DNA of 61,257 bases, from the sequence record DRR723986_9175; one strand, 5' to 3'. Shown here piece by piece: positions 48,323 to 58,341 of the stretch. Both the position numbers and the translations under genes were made by a program. Under the pieces are notes generated by a model that searched no databases, was not told the DNA's origin, and saw only the letters and a list, made by a program, of their open reading frames with translations. Positions within the stretch are counted from its first letter, which is position 1; the number at the start of each line of letters is the position of its first letter.

Positions 48323-50398
48323 TTACTTCCCTTGGGATTTCGATGCACGCGACTGAATAGACTTTAACCCGCTCAGCCAAGCGTCCGCATCTGCGTCGCT
48401 GGGCATCCGCCAATCACCACGTGGCGACAAGCTAACGCTACCAACCTTGGGCCCATCGGGAACACATGAGCGCTTGAACTGGTTTGCAAAGAACCTGCGC
48501 AGAAATGTTTCGAGAGTTGACTCAATCTCAGCGGTTTCGTATTGCCGGCTGAACTCGGCTTGCTGGGCCAAGGAAACGATTTTGGCAGGCCCGAATCCAA
48601 ACCGAACCATGTAGTAAAGGAAAAAGTCGTGCAATTCATAGGGCCCAAGCGACTGCTCGGTAAACTGCTTGATCTCGCTCCCAGATGCGGGCAGAAGCTC
48701 TGGCGAAATGGGTGTGTCAACAACGTCCAGCAGCACTTGGGTAGTTTCGCCTTCAAACTCCTTTTCGGCAACGTACCGCACCAAGAACCGAACCAGCGTC
48801 TTGGGGATCGAGGCGTTGACGTTGTACATCGACATGTGGTCACCGTTGTAGGTGCTCCACCCTAACGCCTGCTCAGACAAGTCTCCGGTACCCAGCACGA
48901 AACCGCGACTCATGAGAATCATCGTTCGCTGCCGGGCCTGAACATTCTCGAACGTCAGATCTGACAACTCGTCTTGACGCAATTCGCTCAACTGCGATTG
49001 AAATTCATCCAGCGTGTCAGCCGCTTCAATTCCAAACGGCTTGTGACCAAGGGCGTGAAAGGTATCCAAACACAACTGCCGGATGTCAATCTCGCTGGCA
49101 GTCACACCAAGCAACCGCATGAGCGACCGCGCCGAAGCGAGCGTCTTGTCCGTTGTACCAAACCCAGGCATGGTGACGGCCGCAATCCGCGAGACCGGCC
49201 AACCAGCCTGCTGACAAGCTTTGACGGCCACCAGAAGTGCCAGAGTGCTATCTAGACCACCCGAAACACCAATGTTTAGCGGCAGAGAGTCCGGCAAGCG
49301 GCTCACGCGTTTCTCGAGGGCCGCACACTGAATCCCGAACACTTCAGCACATCGGTCATCCAGCTCGGCAGAAACTCGAGGGACAAAGGGCGTGCCAGGG
49401 ATCGTTCGCCGAAGCGTGTTTCCTCCTGCTCGATTTGCCCCCAACTCGATTTCGACGTATCGAAATGCTCTCGGGCTCCGTCGAGCACAATCGCTCCAGC
49501 TATTGGATTTGCGTCGATCGTGTTCCAGTCGCCCCAGATCAATGTCGGTCGTGGCGGACTCAATCGGCGTGCGCGGCTCGGAGACGTCGCCGATGATACG
49601 ATCGTTGGCAAGCGTTTGTCCGTTCTCGGCAATCAAACAGTGTCCGCCAAAGACGACGTCCGTGGTGGACTCAGTCGGTCCAGCACTCGCATACGCGTAG
49701 GCGGCCAAGCAGCGACCAGACTGCGCTTCAACGAGAGTCTTCCGCCAACTCGCCTTGCCAATCAATTCATTGCTGGCTGACAAGTTGAGCAGCACATTTG
49801 CACCCGCAAGCGCCTGGTAGCTGCTCGGAGCGGTCGGCATCCAGAGATCTTCACACAGCTCGACACCGATGCAAACATCAGTTTTTGCGTTCTGTCGGCG
49901 GCAACGAAAGAGCAGATCGACGCCGAACGGCACCTCAGTAACCGAGCCATCTGAATTCGCTAGAGCGACCGTTGGCGGTTCCGATCCATCTGCGGCGTGG
50001 AACCAGCGGCCCTCGTAGAATTCTTGATAGTTTGGCAGATGCTGCTTCGGAACAACGCCCAGGATCCGGCCATCACCCAGCACAGCCGCAACGTTGTACA
50101 ACCTGCCCGCGATCCGCAGTGGCAATCCGACGACAAAGATCTGATCGCCTGTAGTCGCGGCCGCAACCGACTGCAGCGCTTCTTCGGTGCGGCTCAGCAG
50201 CGTTTCCTGCGCGAACAGATCACCGCAAGTGTAACCAGTCAACGACAGCTCACTGGTGACAATGATCGCGCTGTCCTTGTGTTGCTTGAGAAGCTCGATC
50301 GCTGCGGCGGCATTCTCCTCAGGGTTGGCAACAAACGTTTCGTGACAAGCTGCGGTCACGCGAACGAGATCGATTTGTTCAAGATTCAGTTCTGTCAA
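48323..50398 (-). CDS. nadE: Glutamine-dependent NAD+ synthetase
   Basis: Nitrilase-domain ELSLTGY, PK.HLPNY.EFYE and CEDLW; synthetase SGGLDST, ENVQAR, GTGDLSE, SPELLP, QFKRSC and SPRGDWR. TTG 50398 preferred. Confidence 0.95.
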   Translation of the reverse strand: MTELNLEQIDLVRVTAACHETFVANPEENAAAAIELLKQHKDSAIIVTSELSLTGYTCGDLFAQETLLSRTEEALQSVAAATTGDQIFVVGLPLRIAGRLYNVAAVLGDGRILGVVPKQHLPNYQEFYEGRWFHAADGSEPPTVALANSDGSVTEVPFGVDLLFRCRRQNAKTDVCIGVELCEDLWMPTAPSSYQALAGANVLLNLSASNELIGKASWRKTLVEAQSGRCLAAYAYASAGPTESTTDVVFGGHCLIAENGQTLANDRIIGDVSEPRTPIESATTDIDLGRLEHDRRKSNSWSDCARRSPRAFRYVEIELGANRAGGNTLRRTIPGTPFVPRVSAELDDRCAEVFGIQCAALEKRVSRLPDSLPLNIGVSGGLDSTLALLVAVKACQQAGWPVSRIAAVTMPGFGTTDKTLASARSLMRLLGVTASEIDIRQLCLDTFHALGHKPFGIEAADTLDEFQSQLSELRQDELSDLTFENVQARQRTMILMSRGFVLGTGDLSEQALGWSTYNGDHMSMYNVNASIPKTLVRFLVRYVAEKEFEGETTQVLLDVVDTPISPELLPASGSEIKQFTEQSLGPYELHDFFLYYMVRFGFGPAKIVSLAQQAEFSRQYETAEIESTLETFLRRFFANQFKRSCVPDGPKVGSVSLSPRGDWRMPSDADADAWLSGLKSIQSRASKSQGK

Positions 50399-50552
50399 AC
50401 GTCCAGCTCTAGTGCATGAGTGTGTGCAATTCGAGTCGCAGCCCGTCGTCAATTGAGCCTGTTGACACGAAAATCCGACGGTGAGTTCGCCCCACACTAC
50501 GTCATTGCCACGGCTCTGATGCCAATTGGCCTGCGCGTCCTATGACAGACGT

Positions 50553-51599
50553 TTAGGAGTTGGCATAAACTAAGTACAACGAACCAACCACCAGTATAGC
50601 TATCAGCGCCGCGTCGGGCTCGAACAACCACCACTTCTTTTTCGGTTGGTACAGGATACTCATCAAGCCTATTGCCGTTACGCCTAAGGCACATGCCGCG
50701 GTGATGGCATGTGTCTCCGAAACGACGCTCAGTAGAGAACTGTCGGTCGTAAAATCAAGGCAGGCAAAGATGAGCATGTTAAATGCATTGCTGCCGAAGA
50801 TGTTTCCGATCGCCATATCCGGTGCTCCGAGGCGCACAGCCGCTATCGTACTAACGGCTTCCGGCAGGCTGGTGACCGCAGCTAACAAGAGTGTGCCGAT
50901 AAACGTTCGACCGAGCCCGGTGACTTCGGCGATCTCGTCACCTTTGGCGCTAAGCAGCGGTGCGGTGAAGTAGATGACAGCAGTCGCTGCCGCGAAACCC
51001 AGGCAAGCAACGAGTAGGTTGGGCCGCTTTGCATCTACTTCGTCTTGATCTTCTCCACCCGATTCTGCTTCGTCGGAATCCACGCGGCTCGACTTGGCTT
51101 CGTCCGCCTTTTCACATTCGCCGTCGGTTTCTTTTTGGTCGAGGAACACCAGCCGAGCACAGAGAATGTAAGCAGCTACGACGGCCCAACTGGCTGGACC
51201 GGCGCGAAAGAACACTTCGTCGTAGTCTGTTAGCAGGCCAATGAGAATAATGGCCGCCAGGAGAAAGCCGACCGTCGCACTGATGGCGTGGGCCGATGCT
51301 TTTCGCGTCAAGATTTGGCACGGACGGCGGGCGATCAAGTCGACCAGCGCCAGGATCAGCAGGTTGACCAGCGAGCTGCCGAGTACACCACCGGCGGCCA
51401 GGTCAGGTGCGTCCTGTGAAATTGCAGCGTAGCCGACCGAAAACTCAGGCAGACTGGTCGCTCCGGCCAGCAGGACAAGGCCCGTGACGCTTCCGCCCAT
51501 TCCGGTCACGTCCGCGATGTCATCGGCGAATTTGGCTAGTGTCATGGCGGCAGCCACGATGACAGCGGCTAATCCGACAAAAGTCAGAGATAAAACCAT
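50553..51599 (-). CDS. Cation/Ca2+ exchanger (sodium:calcium antiporter family)
   Basis: Two alpha-repeats (ATSLPE...GSSLVN and VTSLPE...GSNAFN) separated by an acidic loop. Confidence 0.9.
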   Translation of the reverse strand: MVLSLTFVGLAAVIVAAAMTLAKFADDIADVTGMGGSVTGLVLLAGATSLPEFSVGYAAISQDAPDLAAGGVLGSSLVNLLILALVDLIARRPCQILTRKASAHAISATVGFLLAAIILIGLLTDYDEVFFRAGPASWAVVAAYILCARLVFLDQKETDGECEKADEAKSSRVDSDEAESGGEDQDEVDAKRPNLLVACLGFAAATAVIYFTAPLLSAKGDEIAEVTGLGRTFIGTLLLAAVTSLPEAVSTIAAVRLGAPDMAIGNIFGSNAFNMLIFACLDFTTDSSLLSVVSETHAITAACALGVTAIGLMSILYQPKKKWWLFEPDAALIAILVVGSLYLVYANS

Positions 51600-51691
51600 A
51601 TAGTCTACGCCCCAAATCGCATCTTAAGTTTTGTATTCATGCCGAAAGGCTATGCTGGCACTCTGCTCGACCGTTCGACTTGTCCAGTTGA

Positions 51692-53482
51692 GTGCTGCCG
51701 GCGGCTCTGTTTGCAAGGTCCGCGAAATCGACGACCGACTCTAGCAGAATTCCTAGGAAACAACAGGTGCAATCAGTTCCTCACGCACAACCAACGCTTC
51801 ACCAAGGGCACCGCAAATCGGAGCTTCGGGCGCGCGGATTGGATGGCGACACGAAGCCTTTCCACCGCAACCATGCGATAGCCGTCCCACGCTGCGTAGC
51901 TTCAGCCGCTGCCCGATGCGGATGGCTGTGGCTATTGGCGGCCGCAACACTCCTTGCCCCTTCCCCCATTGCTAGAGCCTGGGCCCCTCAAGACACAGCC
52001 GACGTACCCAGTTCGGTTTCCAGAGATAGTAATAGTACGCGGCCAATCATCATTGGCTCCAAGAGCTTTACAGAATCTGTCATCCTGGGCGAGATGCTAT
52101 GCCGGCTGACCGAGCACGCTGGTCGCAAGGTCCAGCATCGCAGCGAGCTCGGCGGTACACAGATTCTTTGGCAATCGCTGCTCAAGGGAGAGATTGACGC
52201 GTACGTTGAGTACACGGGAACACTCAAAGAAGAAATCTTGAAAGACGAAGATGTCTATTCCGCCGAGCAGATTCGCGAATCGCTGGCCGCCAAGGGTGTC
52301 ACCATGGGACAGCCGTTGGGCTTTAACAACACCTACGCAATCGGCATGAAAGCCACTCGGGCAAAAGAACTTGGCATTGAGAAGATTTCTGACCTAAGAC
52401 GCTTTCCTGATCTGGCCCTCGGATTCACCGATGAGTTCGTTGAACGCGGCGACGGCTGGAATAGCCTTAAGCGAAAATACGAACTTCCACAGGAGAACAT
52501 TCGCGGCCTAGATCACGCTCTAGCGTACCGAGGTGTGTGGACCGGCTCGATCGATGTAATCGATCTGTACTCCACCGACCCAGAAATTATCTCATTCAAG
52601 CTGAAGGTGCTCGAAGACGACCTTGCCTACTTCCCACTTTATGAAGCCGTCGTCCTCTATCGCGAAGAGCTCTCTGCTGACCCACAACTGACCCAGCAGT
52701 ACGAAAAACTCGCGGGCAAGATCGACAACGAAGCAATGACGGGATTGAACAAAGCATCCCGGATCGACCGCGAACCCGAGCAGCAGATTGCGGCTGAGTT
52801 CCTGCACGACTCTGTAGACGCCAGCATTCAAGTACCAAGCTCCGACGGAGGCTACTTTGCTCGGCGACTTGCGCGGTTTTGGCGTAATTCACTCGAACAC
52901 ATCTTGATGGTCTCGGTATCACTCTTGGGTGCAATTCTGGTCGCAATCCCTCTTGGCATCTGGGCGTATCGCAGCCCGAAACTGGGTGAATGGATTCTCG
53001 GCACCGTGGGAATTATCCAGACAATCCCGTCGATGGCACTGCTCGTGTTCATGATCCCCGTCTTGGGATTGGGTGCAAAGCCAGCTATCGTGGCTCTGTT
53101 CCTGTACAGTTTGCTGCCAATTGTTCGCGGCACTTATACGGGCCTGAGTGGTCTTGCGCCGAGCATTCACGAAAGTGCGCTGGCGTTGGGACTGCCAAGT
53201 AAGGCTCGGCTGTGGCTCATTGAACTACCACTTGCATCGCCAGCTATTCTTGCGGGAATCAAGACAAGCGCGGTTATCAACGTTGGCACCGCAACCATCG
53301 GTGCTTTGATTGGTGCTGGCGGGTACGGGCAACCCATCATTACGGGCATTCGCCTTGCCGATTTCTGGCTGATTCTGCAAGGAGCCGTCCCGGCCGCCCT
53401 GCTTGCCCTCGCTGCCCAGTTTGGATTCACCCTACTAGAGCGTTTCGTTGTACCGGCAGGCCTTCGAATCAAACAGCAGTGA
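51692..53482 (+). CDS. Glycine betaine/choline/proline-type ABC transporter, fused substrate-binding + permease
   Basis: Binding-domain IGSKSFTES, YVEYTGT, GFNNTYA and YSTD; permease IQTIPSMAL, ESALALG and IGAGGYG. True start probably downstream (e.g. TTG 51839). Confidence 0.9.
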   Translation: MLPAALFARSAKSTTDSSRIPRKQQVQSVPHAQPTLHQGHRKSELRARGLDGDTKPFHRNHAIAVPRCVASAAARCGWLWLLAAATLLAPSPIARAWAPQDTADVPSSVSRDSNSTRPIIIGSKSFTESVILGEMLCRLTEHAGRKVQHRSELGGTQILWQSLLKGEIDAYVEYTGTLKEEILKDEDVYSAEQIRESLAAKGVTMGQPLGFNNTYAIGMKATRAKELGIEKISDLRRFPDLALGFTDEFVERGDGWNSLKRKYELPQENIRGLDHALAYRGVWTGSIDVIDLYSTDPEIISFKLKVLEDDLAYFPLYEAVVLYREELSADPQLTQQYEKLAGKIDNEAMTGLNKASRIDREPEQQIAAEFLHDSVDASIQVPSSDGGYFARRLARFWRNSLEHILMVSVSLLGAILVAIPLGIWAYRSPKLGEWILGTVGIIQTIPSMALLVFMIPVLGLGAKPAIVALFLYSLLPIVRGTYTGLSGLAPSIHESALALGLPSKARLWLIELPLASPAILAGIKTSAVINVGTATIGALIGAGGYGQPIITGIRLADFWLILQGAVPAALLALAAQFGFTLLERFVVPAGLRIKQQ

Positions 53483-53535
53483 CATCCGGAGCGCCAAGAT
53501 TTTCGCTCACTCGCGCCGCTGTAAACCGCAACCTA

Positions 53536-55050
53536 CTAGTAAGCTTTGGCGAAGATTGCGTACTTGTCGGCGGGTTGGCCGGTTAGGAAGCAGGTGCCAG
53601 GCGTGTCGTTGTCAGAGAGTGGAATACAGCGAATGGTCACTTTCAGCTCGTCAAGCAACGGCTGAACAGCTTCTTCGGATGCAAAGTGACACTTGGCAAA
53701 TCCACCATGCAACTCGGGTTTGTCCTGATTCTTCGGCGTGAAATAAGCCCTGAAATCCGCCTCGTTGTCGATCACCCGCGTGTTTTCTTCCCGCATCGCG
53801 AGCGCGCGGTTGAACAGGTTCGACTGAATCTCGTCTAGCAGGTCAGTGAACTTCTCGACCAGCTCCGCCCGTGGTGTACTGCTTTGCTCACCAGTATCGC
53901 GTCGCGCGAGGAAAACGGCATCCTTGGCAAGATCCTTTGGACCGACCTCGATGCGAAGTGGCACGCCGCGTTTGACGTGGTGCCATTTCTTTTCTCCACC
54001 GCGCAAGTCACGATCGTCGATCTCAATCTCAACCGCACGACCCGCGTAGGCCTTCTGAGAAAGAGTTTCCTTCAGGTTGTTGCAGTACTCAAGCACTGCC
54101 TTCTTGCCTTCTTCGTCGCGGTAGATGGGCAGGATAACCGCGTGGGCAGGAGCAATCTTCGGTGGTAGAACCATCCCGTCGTCGTCGGCGTGTGTCATGA
54201 TCAATGCACCAACCAACCGAGTGCTCACGCCCCAGGAAGTTGTCCAAGCATGAGCGATTTCCCCGTCGGCATCTTGGAACTTAATGTCTTGCGCTTTGGA
54301 GAAATTCTGCCCAAGGAAGTGGCTCGTCCCGGCCTGCAGCGCCTTGCGATCTTGCATCATGGCTTCAATGGAAACCGTAATGTCAGCACCGGGGAACCTC
54401 TCTCCGGCTGTCTTCTCCCCCTTGATAACCGGAACCGCCATCCAGTTCTCAGCGAAATCTGCATAGACGTCCAGCATCTTGTAGGTCTCGTCCAACGCTT
54501 CCTCTTTGGTCGCATGCACCGTGTGGCCCTCTTGCCACAGAAACTCCGCAGTTCTGAGGAATAGACGCGTTCGCATTTCCCATCGAACAACATTGGCCCA
54601 TTGATTGATCAAGATGGGAAGGTCACGATACGACTGCACCCACTTGGCGTACATCGCACCAATGATCGTTTCGCTAGTCGGGCGGACAATCAATGGCTCT
54701 TCGAGCTTACCGGCTGGACGCAAGCCGCCCTCAGGGTCCGGTTCAAGTCGATGGTGAGTGACGACGGCGCACTCTTTTGCAAAGCCCTCGACGTGCTCAG
54801 CTTCCTTCTCCAAGAAGCTCATCGGAATGAACAGCGGGAAGTAGGCGTTGCGATGCCCCGTATCCTTGAACATCTTGTCCAAGGAGCGCTGCATATTTTC
54901 CCAGAGCGAGTAACCCCATGGCTTGATGACCATGCAACCGCGCACCGGCGAGTTCTCCGCGAGGTCCGCATTCTTAATAACTTGCTGATACCACTCCGGA
55001 TAATCTTCCAGTCGAGTTGGAGAGATAGCGGTCTTGGGTTTCTTATTCAT
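53536..55050 (-). CDS. proS: Proline--tRNA ligase (archaeal/eukaryote-like type, no INS domain)
   Basis: Motifs YPEWYQQVI, RPTSET, QWANVVRWE, EFLWQEGHT, QAGTSHFLGQNF, SWGVSTR and FAKAY. Confidence 0.97.
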   Translation of the reverse strand: MNKKPKTAISPTRLEDYPEWYQQVIKNADLAENSPVRGCMVIKPWGYSLWENMQRSLDKMFKDTGHRNAYFPLFIPMSFLEKEAEHVEGFAKECAVVTHHRLEPDPEGGLRPAGKLEEPLIVRPTSETIIGAMYAKWVQSYRDLPILINQWANVVRWEMRTRLFLRTAEFLWQEGHTVHATKEEALDETYKMLDVYADFAENWMAVPVIKGEKTAGERFPGADITVSIEAMMQDRKALQAGTSHFLGQNFSKAQDIKFQDADGEIAHAWTTSWGVSTRLVGALIMTHADDDGMVLPPKIAPAHAVILPIYRDEEGKKAVLEYCNNLKETLSQKAYAGRAVEIEIDDRDLRGGEKKWHHVKRGVPLRIEVGPKDLAKDAVFLARRDTGEQSSTPRAELVEKFTDLLDEIQSNLFNRALAMREENTRVIDNEADFRAYFTPKNQDKPELHGGFAKCHFASEEAVQPLLDELKVTIRCIPLSDNDTPGTCFLTGQPADKYAIFAKAY

Positions 55051-55132
55051 GAAGTCTCGTTCTCACTTCGATTTTGCTACAGTCGTCAAGCGGTTGGAGC
55101 GCCCGGCCACATGAGGCCTCGCCGCGCCAAAG

Positions 55133-55234
55133 GTTGGGCGGGTAAAACTCACCAGAGAGTGGCTCTAGCAGGTTGGTTTGTTTTGGTGGATTGCACCCAC
55201 GGAGGTTGTTTTTGGTGGGTTGCTCGCACCCTAC
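55133..55234. repeat. Degenerate REP doublet(s) related to the 55461-55526 element
   Basis: GTTGGGCGGGTAAAACTCACC (55133-53, 4 mismatches to the left arm) and GGTGGGTTGCTCGCACCCTAC (55214-34, 3 mismatches to the right arm), plus a partial arm at about 55185-55200. Confidence 0.65.
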
Positions 55235-55244
55235 ATATCACTTT

Positions 55245-55289
55245 TGATACGGTTGCCCATGATACCGCTGCTCATGATACCGCTGCCCA
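55245..55289. repeat. 3 x 15-bp tandem repeat (TGATACCGCTGCCCA)
   Basis: Consecutive units TGATACGGTTGCCCA, TGATACCGCTGCTCA and TGATACCGCTGCCCA. Confidence 0.75.
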
Positions 55290-55460
55290 ATGGCGAGGGT
55301 GCCGGAACGGAGTATAAGCCCATCAGTCGTCGCGACGCGACGCAAACAGAGTTATCTGCCGAACCAACAAGGCTGGATTTTATGGCAAGAAGCCCAGCAT
55401 TGTCAGCAGGGCAGAATCTTCGAGGCCATTGCTGATCTGCGTGCCTGGCAGCGAACACTT

Positions 55461-55526
55461 GTAGGGTGGGTGAAACCCACCAGAGGGCCCAGTCCAAGCA
55501 GCTTTGGTGGGTTTCACCCACCCTAC
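55461..55526. repeat. GTAG-family REP doublet (REPIN-like inverted repeat)
   Basis: GTAGGGTGGGTGAAACCCACC (55461-81) and its perfect reverse complement (55506-26) are 24 nt apart; each arm has its own GGTGGGT-GAA-ACCCACC hairpin. Confidence 0.85.
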
Positions 55527-55566
55527 GTATCTTCAAACAACCTTAGTATCTTCAGGTCAGAGAAGG

Positions 55567-56502
55567 CTACGCGGCGCGGCGGATTTCTTGATCTTGAGCG
55601 GGGAATGGAATTAAATCCTCCCCATTCTCGGCTGCCACACTGGCTCGATTGAGTCGAGCGATGGCCGCACGCGTTACCGCACCGCCTCGTAGACCACGAG
55701 ACCAAGCAGACGCTCTGGCCGCACCAACGGACATCAGCGAAGACAGATACCCCAGCGTCGCCGCAACGGGACCACTGGATGTCACCCCATAGGCAACACA
55801 CAACTGGGCCGCTTCACTCAACCCTGCCGGATCCAGACGTGGGAAATCTTCCGTGTGGAATCGATTGCCGGCAAGTGTCTGACAATTCAGCCCGAGAGAC
55901 TGCATCAACCAAGCGAGCTCAATGTCAGCGGAGCCGAGCGTTAGCCCATCGTCCCATCCGCCCAGTGAAAGCAGTGCGCTTCGACGATAGAGTCCGCAGG
56001 TGAGCGATGGACCAGCGTACTGGACATTCCCCAGAGCTCGATCGGGCATGCCGCCGCGAATTGAATTGCTATCACATCGCGCCAAGGGCGTAATGCCAGC
56101 AATCTTCTGCGACCCCGCTTTGCCACCCACACAAACACTTGCGACTGACGAATCGTCGAATGCTTCGAGGGCTCCTTCGCTCCAGCCTTGCTCGACAACC
56201 GTGCCATCACGAATGATAGCAACAATGTCGCCTTGCGCTTGCTGGGCAGCGTAGTTCAAACGGGCCGTGAGCGTCCGTTGCTGGCATTGAAGCAACGTGA
56301 CTTCATCACCAATGCTGTAAGGATCTGCATAGGATCCATCGTGGGCCACGATGATTTCACTAGCTGAATCTTGTTGTTCCAACAAAGAGACTAGAGTCAA
56401 CTCAAGCCGCTCGTCGTTATTTCGGTGCGGCACAATGATCGAGAGACTACCCACAGAGATTCCTCCGAGATGGCGTTGGCCGGGGAGTTCACGGAGGGTC
56501 AT
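55567..56502 (-). CDS. Glycosyltransferase family 2-like protein (degenerate acidic motifs)
   Basis: LSIIVP...LVSLLEQ...EIIVAHDGS, ARLNYAAQQAQGDIV, LYRRSAL..LGGWD and ADIELA. Confidence 0.75.
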   Translation of the reverse strand: MTLRELPGQRHLGGISVGSLSIIVPHRNNDERLELTLVSLLEQQDSASEIIVAHDGSYADPYSIGDEVTLLQCQQRTLTARLNYAAQQAQGDIVAIIRDGTVVEQGWSEGALEAFDDSSVASVCVGGKAGSQKIAGITPLARCDSNSIRGGMPDRALGNVQYAGPSLTCGLYRRSALLSLGGWDDGLTLGSADIELAWLMQSLGLNCQTLAGNRFHTEDFPRLDPAGLSEAAQLCVAYGVTSSGPVAATLGYLSSLMSVGAARASAWSRGLRGGAVTRAAIARLNRASVAAENGEDLIPFPAQDQEIRRAA

Positions 56503-56706
56503 AGGATGAGCTACGACAGCCTTTGGCGCTCAAGCCGACCATCCGTGGTCGTAAGCCTTCGTGGATCGGGCGAAAGGCTTCCTCTAGTTCGCTGTCAAAG
56601 TACAGGATCGGAAAGCCGCTCGCCCAAAATCGACAAATTCTCGTCCTCCTGTCCATGATGCGTCTTAGGAAGACTGTAACGATTCGATCCTGGAACAATT
56701 GCCCGG

Positions 56707-57063
56707 TCAACCTGGAAAGATTCTTGAGTAGCTCCAGGCCATAACTAAGTAAAACAGCCAAAAAATGAGAGCTGAATAGGCGATCGTGGCCACCGTCCAG
56801 AAGACACGCTCGGCATTGTTGAATTTCGGACTCCGCCAGAGCAGCGGGATTCCTAGAAACATCATCGCGAAGAAAATCGCACCCAACACAGCAAGCTTGC
56901 TGTTCATGAACCGCTGCAAGACTCCTGGGTTCGGTTTACCGCAACCATCTTCCGTTTTGCTCAAGGCTGGCGGAACATCTCCACTACTCTCACTGGCGTT
57001 TGGCTCACCGCCGCCCGGCTGTTCGACTCTTGGTGGTGTTCGGATGATTGGTGGTTGGTCCAT
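56707..57063 (-). CDS. Small hypothetical membrane protein
   Basis: Pro-rich N-terminus, two hydrophobic helices and a GIPLLWRSPKF loop. Confidence 0.6.
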   Translation of the reverse strand: MDQPPIIRTPPRVEQPGGGEPNASESSGDVPPALSKTEDGCGKPNPGVLQRFMNSKLAVLGAIFFAMMFLGIPLLWRSPKFNNAERVFWTVATIAYSALIFWLFYLVMAWSYSRIFPG

Positions 57064-57359
57064 GCCCAGGCTTACTCCAGAACTGCCAGTACAAAACAAG
57101 CTGGCTCCAGTTTAGTACGCCAAGCCGACAGAGCCCACCGCAGAACGACGAACCAACGATAGCGGCCTACGAATCCGGAATCAGCCCCTCCAGCAAAGAA
57201 TGCTCAAACGTACAGCAGCAAGACATGCCACAGACGCGTTTGCGGGCGGGTGCCGAATAGTGCCTCTTATGCTACCGTGGTGCCAGTCGATCAATTGAAG
57301 TGCTGCTCATTCGAAGTGCCAGTAGACCCAACATCTCACCCATTTTATCCCGACCGACC

Positions 57360-58163
57360 ATGAACGAGAAAAAGCAGAAAACCATCACAACGACTTCACT
57401 TCAGGCAATGAAGCGGTCGGGTGAGCGGATCAGCATGCTGACTGCCTACGACTACACCATGGCTCGACTGTTGGACAATGCTGGCGTCGACATGCTGCTG
57501 GTCGGCGACAGTTTAGCCATGGTGGTTCAAGGAAACGAAACGACCATTCCGGCTACCTTGGACGAAATGATCTACCACGGGAAGTGCGTTGTTCGTGGTA
57601 CCTCACGGGCAATGGTTATCGTTGACTTACCGTTCCCCCACGGCCAACTCGGGCCAATGGAAACGCTCAAGGTATCGGCTCGAATCCTGAAAGAAACTGG
57701 ATGTGCTGCCATCAAACTCGAAGGCGGCGCTGAACAGGCGGAGACGATCCGGGTTTTGGTTGCCGCTGGCATTCCGGTCATCGCTCATGTGGGTCTGCGA
57801 CCGCAGAGCGTGCATGCAATTGGCGGATACAAAGTGCAAAGGGAACAGGAGCAAATTATGCAGGACGCGTCAGCGGCAGAATCCGCCGGTGCATTCTGCG
57901 TGCTGATGGAATGCGTTTCAGCCGACGTGGCGGCCGAAGTCACGCGTGCGCTCAAGGTGCCAACAATCGGCATCGGAGCTGGCAAGGAATGCGATGGCCA
58001 AGTGCTCGTTTCTACAGATGCGCTGGGGCTGACCCAAGGGCGCATTCCCAAGTTTGTCCGCCAGTTCGCCAACTTGGGCGAGCAGGTGTCGCAGGCCGCC
58101 GAACAATACAACCGCGAAGTCAAGCAGGGCACGTTTCCTGCCGATTCTGAGAGCTTCAAATAG
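57360..58163 (+). CDS. panB: 3-methyl-2-oxobutanoate hydroxymethyltransferase
   Basis: Motifs MLTAYD, LLVGDSL, IKLEGG, HVGLRPQ and TIGIGAG..CDGQVLV. Confidence 0.97.
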   Translation: MNEKKQKTITTTSLQAMKRSGERISMLTAYDYTMARLLDNAGVDMLLVGDSLAMVVQGNETTIPATLDEMIYHGKCVVRGTSRAMVIVDLPFPHGQLGPMETLKVSARILKETGCAAIKLEGGAEQAETIRVLVAAGIPVIAHVGLRPQSVHAIGGYKVQREQEQIMQDASAAESAGAFCVLMECVSADVAAEVTRALKVPTIGIGAGKECDGQVLVSTDALGLTQGRIPKFVRQFANLGEQVSQAAEQYNREVKQGTFPADSESFK

Positions 58164-58228
58164 CCAGCACTGCTTCACATGCATTCCATTGTTTGAGGAC
58201 TGTAAACAACTCGCCTGTGCGCACAAAA

Positions 58229-58260
58229 ATGCCTCTGAGCGTTTCCACACACAGAGGCAT
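58229..58260 (-). terminator. Probable intrinsic terminator between convergent panB and the cupredoxin-like gene
   Basis: ATGCCTCTG...CAGAGGCAT 9-bp stem with an adjacent A-run (U-tract on the minus strand); long loop. Confidence 0.45.
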
Positions 58261-58341
58261 CTATTGTACAGTCTCATTAGCAACGTCGTGCATCGTCTCG
58301 ATCACAAAAACGAACGAAGCGAAACGCTGTTAATCGCTTGA

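Noticed and set aside
54601-55317. 238-aa ORF with HDTAA repeats
   Set aside because: Mostly antisense to proS; the repeats just translate the 15-bp tandem repeat.
55133-55526. Possible CRISPR array
   Set aside because: Repeats are inverted and irregularly spaced, there are no unique equal-length spacers, and no cas genes.
55178-55652. Short ORFs across the proS-GT2 gap
   Set aside because: They run through REP arms and have no protein-like features or RBS.
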